A program made the position numbers and the translations under genes. Below are positions 62,819 through 64,000 of a DNA stretch of 64,000 nt, piece by piece. This DNA is from an uncultured bacterium (GTDB lineage: Bacteria; Babelota; Babeliae; Babelales; JABCYS01). How positions within the stretch are numbered: position 1 is the first letter of the stretch; each line of letters begins with the position of its first letter. The notes under the pieces are model-generated. The model was not told the origin of the DNA. It did not search any database and worked only from the letters and a program-made list of their open reading frames with translations. The stretch is from positions 1 through 64,000 of the forward strand of contig CAVPKK010000006.1 of NCBI GenBank assembly GCA_963705705.1. Direction: 5' to 3'.

Positions 62819-63616
62819 ATGATTCGTCGCAGCTCACTTTCTCTATTGAGCATGTTATGCGCAACCAGCCTCTTGTGTGCAGAAAATGAAACACAAAGAA
62901 ATTATTACTATTATCCAAAGCACCAAGAGCCACGCGCTTCACTTGATCGCTTAATAGGCTTCATATACCCCGATACACTAAGCCGTCGGCTCTACGAGCT
63001 TGTCCATTACCTAAGCTGGGGCCATCCTTTGGATGCCGTAAAATATGCGTGGATCTATGAGGCTGTCCGCGATTTATCTATTAAATTGAATGTTCCAATG
63101 CCGCAGCTGAATGTACTGAGTCATATGCGCGTAAATTCCCTACTGTGGACCGGCAAAATTAACCTATTGGTTTACGGCTGGTCGCCAGAGGATGCCTCAA
63201 TTACTATTACGCAAGATGCCATTGATTTATTAACTCAAGATGAAATGCGTGGCTATTTGGCATATGGTGTGGCACAAATTGCCTATAGATACATTGTGTT
63301 AAGTCGACCAGATACTTTGCTTTCATATACAACCCCTCTATCGCGCCTTTTAATTGCCGACTTTGTAAAAACCCAGGTGCTAATTGCGGATTACCACGGC
63401 GCAATCGCCGTCAATGATCCGCAGCCATTAATCGAAGCGATTAGAAAAGAGTATGCGCATGCAGGTCTACCCTATACGTTCATGTCGTTGCCCATTATTT
63501 CTTGGTTTTCCTCATGGCCAACGGCTGAACAACGAATAAGTTATTTACAACAGCTATCGACTGCACTGCCGAAAAGAAGTTCTAAAGGGAAAAAGGAAAA
63601 ACGGAATGTATCTTGA
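62819..63616 (+). CDS. Secreted HtpX/M48 peptidase homologue lacking HExxH
   Basis: LNVPMPQLNV, ITITQDAIDLLTQDEMRGYLAYGVAQI, PQPLIEAI, WPTAEQRI; paralogue of the divergent neighbour. Confidence 0.75.
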   Translation: MIRRSSLSLLSMLCATSLLCAENETQRNYYYYPKHQEPRASLDRLIGFIYPDTLSRRLYELVHYLSWGHPLDAVKYAWIYEAVRDLSIKLNVPMPQLNVLSHMRVNSLLWTGKINLLVYGWSPEDASITITQDAIDLLTQDEMRGYLAYGVAQIAYRYIVLSRPDTLLSYTTPLSRLLIADFVKTQVLIADYHGAIAVNDPQPLIEAIRKEYAHAGLPYTFMSLPIISWFSSWPTAEQRISYLQQLSTALPKRSSKGKKEKRNVS

Positions 63617-64000
63617 GCGTGAAAAGCTACGGGCCGATCTCAAAGTATTTCTCACCATCATAGCCGCGCTTATTATAGTTGGGCTATTGTTTATCTATTC
63701 TTCAAGCTCAGTGTATGCGCTTGAGAAATTGGGCAGCGCGCAACATTTTGTTGTTAAACAATTAGTTGGGTTGATCCTCGGCATTGTGGCATTAATTATA
63801 GTGCGCCTTATTCCCCTGGAATTTATTAAAAAGGCAAGTCCTTATATTTTTCTTGGCACACTCGGGATGACTGCAGCTACTTTATTCGGGCCACTTGCCG
63901 TGCGAATTCATGGTTCAAGCCGTTGGTTGAATATTAAAGGATTCATGTTTCAACCCAGCGAATTTTTGAAAATGGCATTGCTGGTATATGTTGCCTATTT
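63606..64000 (+). CDS. ftsW: SEDS peptidoglycan glycosyltransferase FtsW (3' truncated by the window)
   Basis: MYLEREKLRADLKVFL...GLLFIYSSS...FVVKQL...HGSSRWL...FQPSEFLK; near murD; not in the ORF track because no stop lies in the window. Confidence 0.88.
   Translation, partial: MYLEREKLRADLKVFLTIIAALIIVGLLFIYSSSSVYALEKLGSAQHFVVKQLVGLILGIVALIIVRLIPLEFIKKASPYIFLGTLGMTAATLFGPLAVRIHGSSRWLNIKGFMFQPSEFLKMALLVYVAY

Noticed and set aside
14128..64000. Giant virus or prophage origin of the ankyrin-rich segment
   Set aside because: It contains rplI, murD, ftsW, lnt, dnaB, pilins, Shine-Dalgarno sites and intrinsic terminators, with no viral hallmark genes.

Overview
The window joins two unrelated sequences at about 14,128. 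Bases 1-14,127 are GC-rich, Planctomycetota-like DNA in which almost every gene is broken by single-base indels, most simply read as long-read error. This part encodes a multicopper oxidase end, a rhodanese, an MtnX-like HAD phosphatase, a glycerol-1-phosphate-dehydrogenase-like protein, L-lactate dehydrogenase, VanZ, two tandem Gly/Pro-rich secreted paralogues, an NTF2/SgcJ-like protein, a GH63 glycosidase and a truncated patatin, plus GTAG-type REP doublets. Bases 14,128-64,000 are AT-richer and cleanly coding, and look like a host-associated bacterium; Babelota/Dependentiae (TM6) is an inference from gene content only. This part carries cdd, dnaB, rplI, two lnt paralogues, three pilin-like genes, a frameshifted ileS, a Na+/solute symporter, murD and ftsW. 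The main highlight is a ~19-kb co-oriented array of 13 paralogous secreted-protein genes (36,557-55,749), bracketed by two related ankyrin genes. They share a signal peptide cassette and a C-proximal F-box/PRANC-like helix, most share an RSYA-like motif, and subfamilies end in CRRRNL or EEKKKKE. Next to the array is a secreted Skp1/BTB-like protein, which suggests an SCF-hijacking effector locus. Also notable are an unannotated 10-His leader peptide upstream of the symporter, a divergent Tyr-rich uORF, palindromic elements translated inside pilin leaders, a 100-bp duplication of the ileS 5' end, and a divergent pair of catalytically dead HtpX/M48 paralogues. All family calls come from motifs recognised by eye; no database searches were run.
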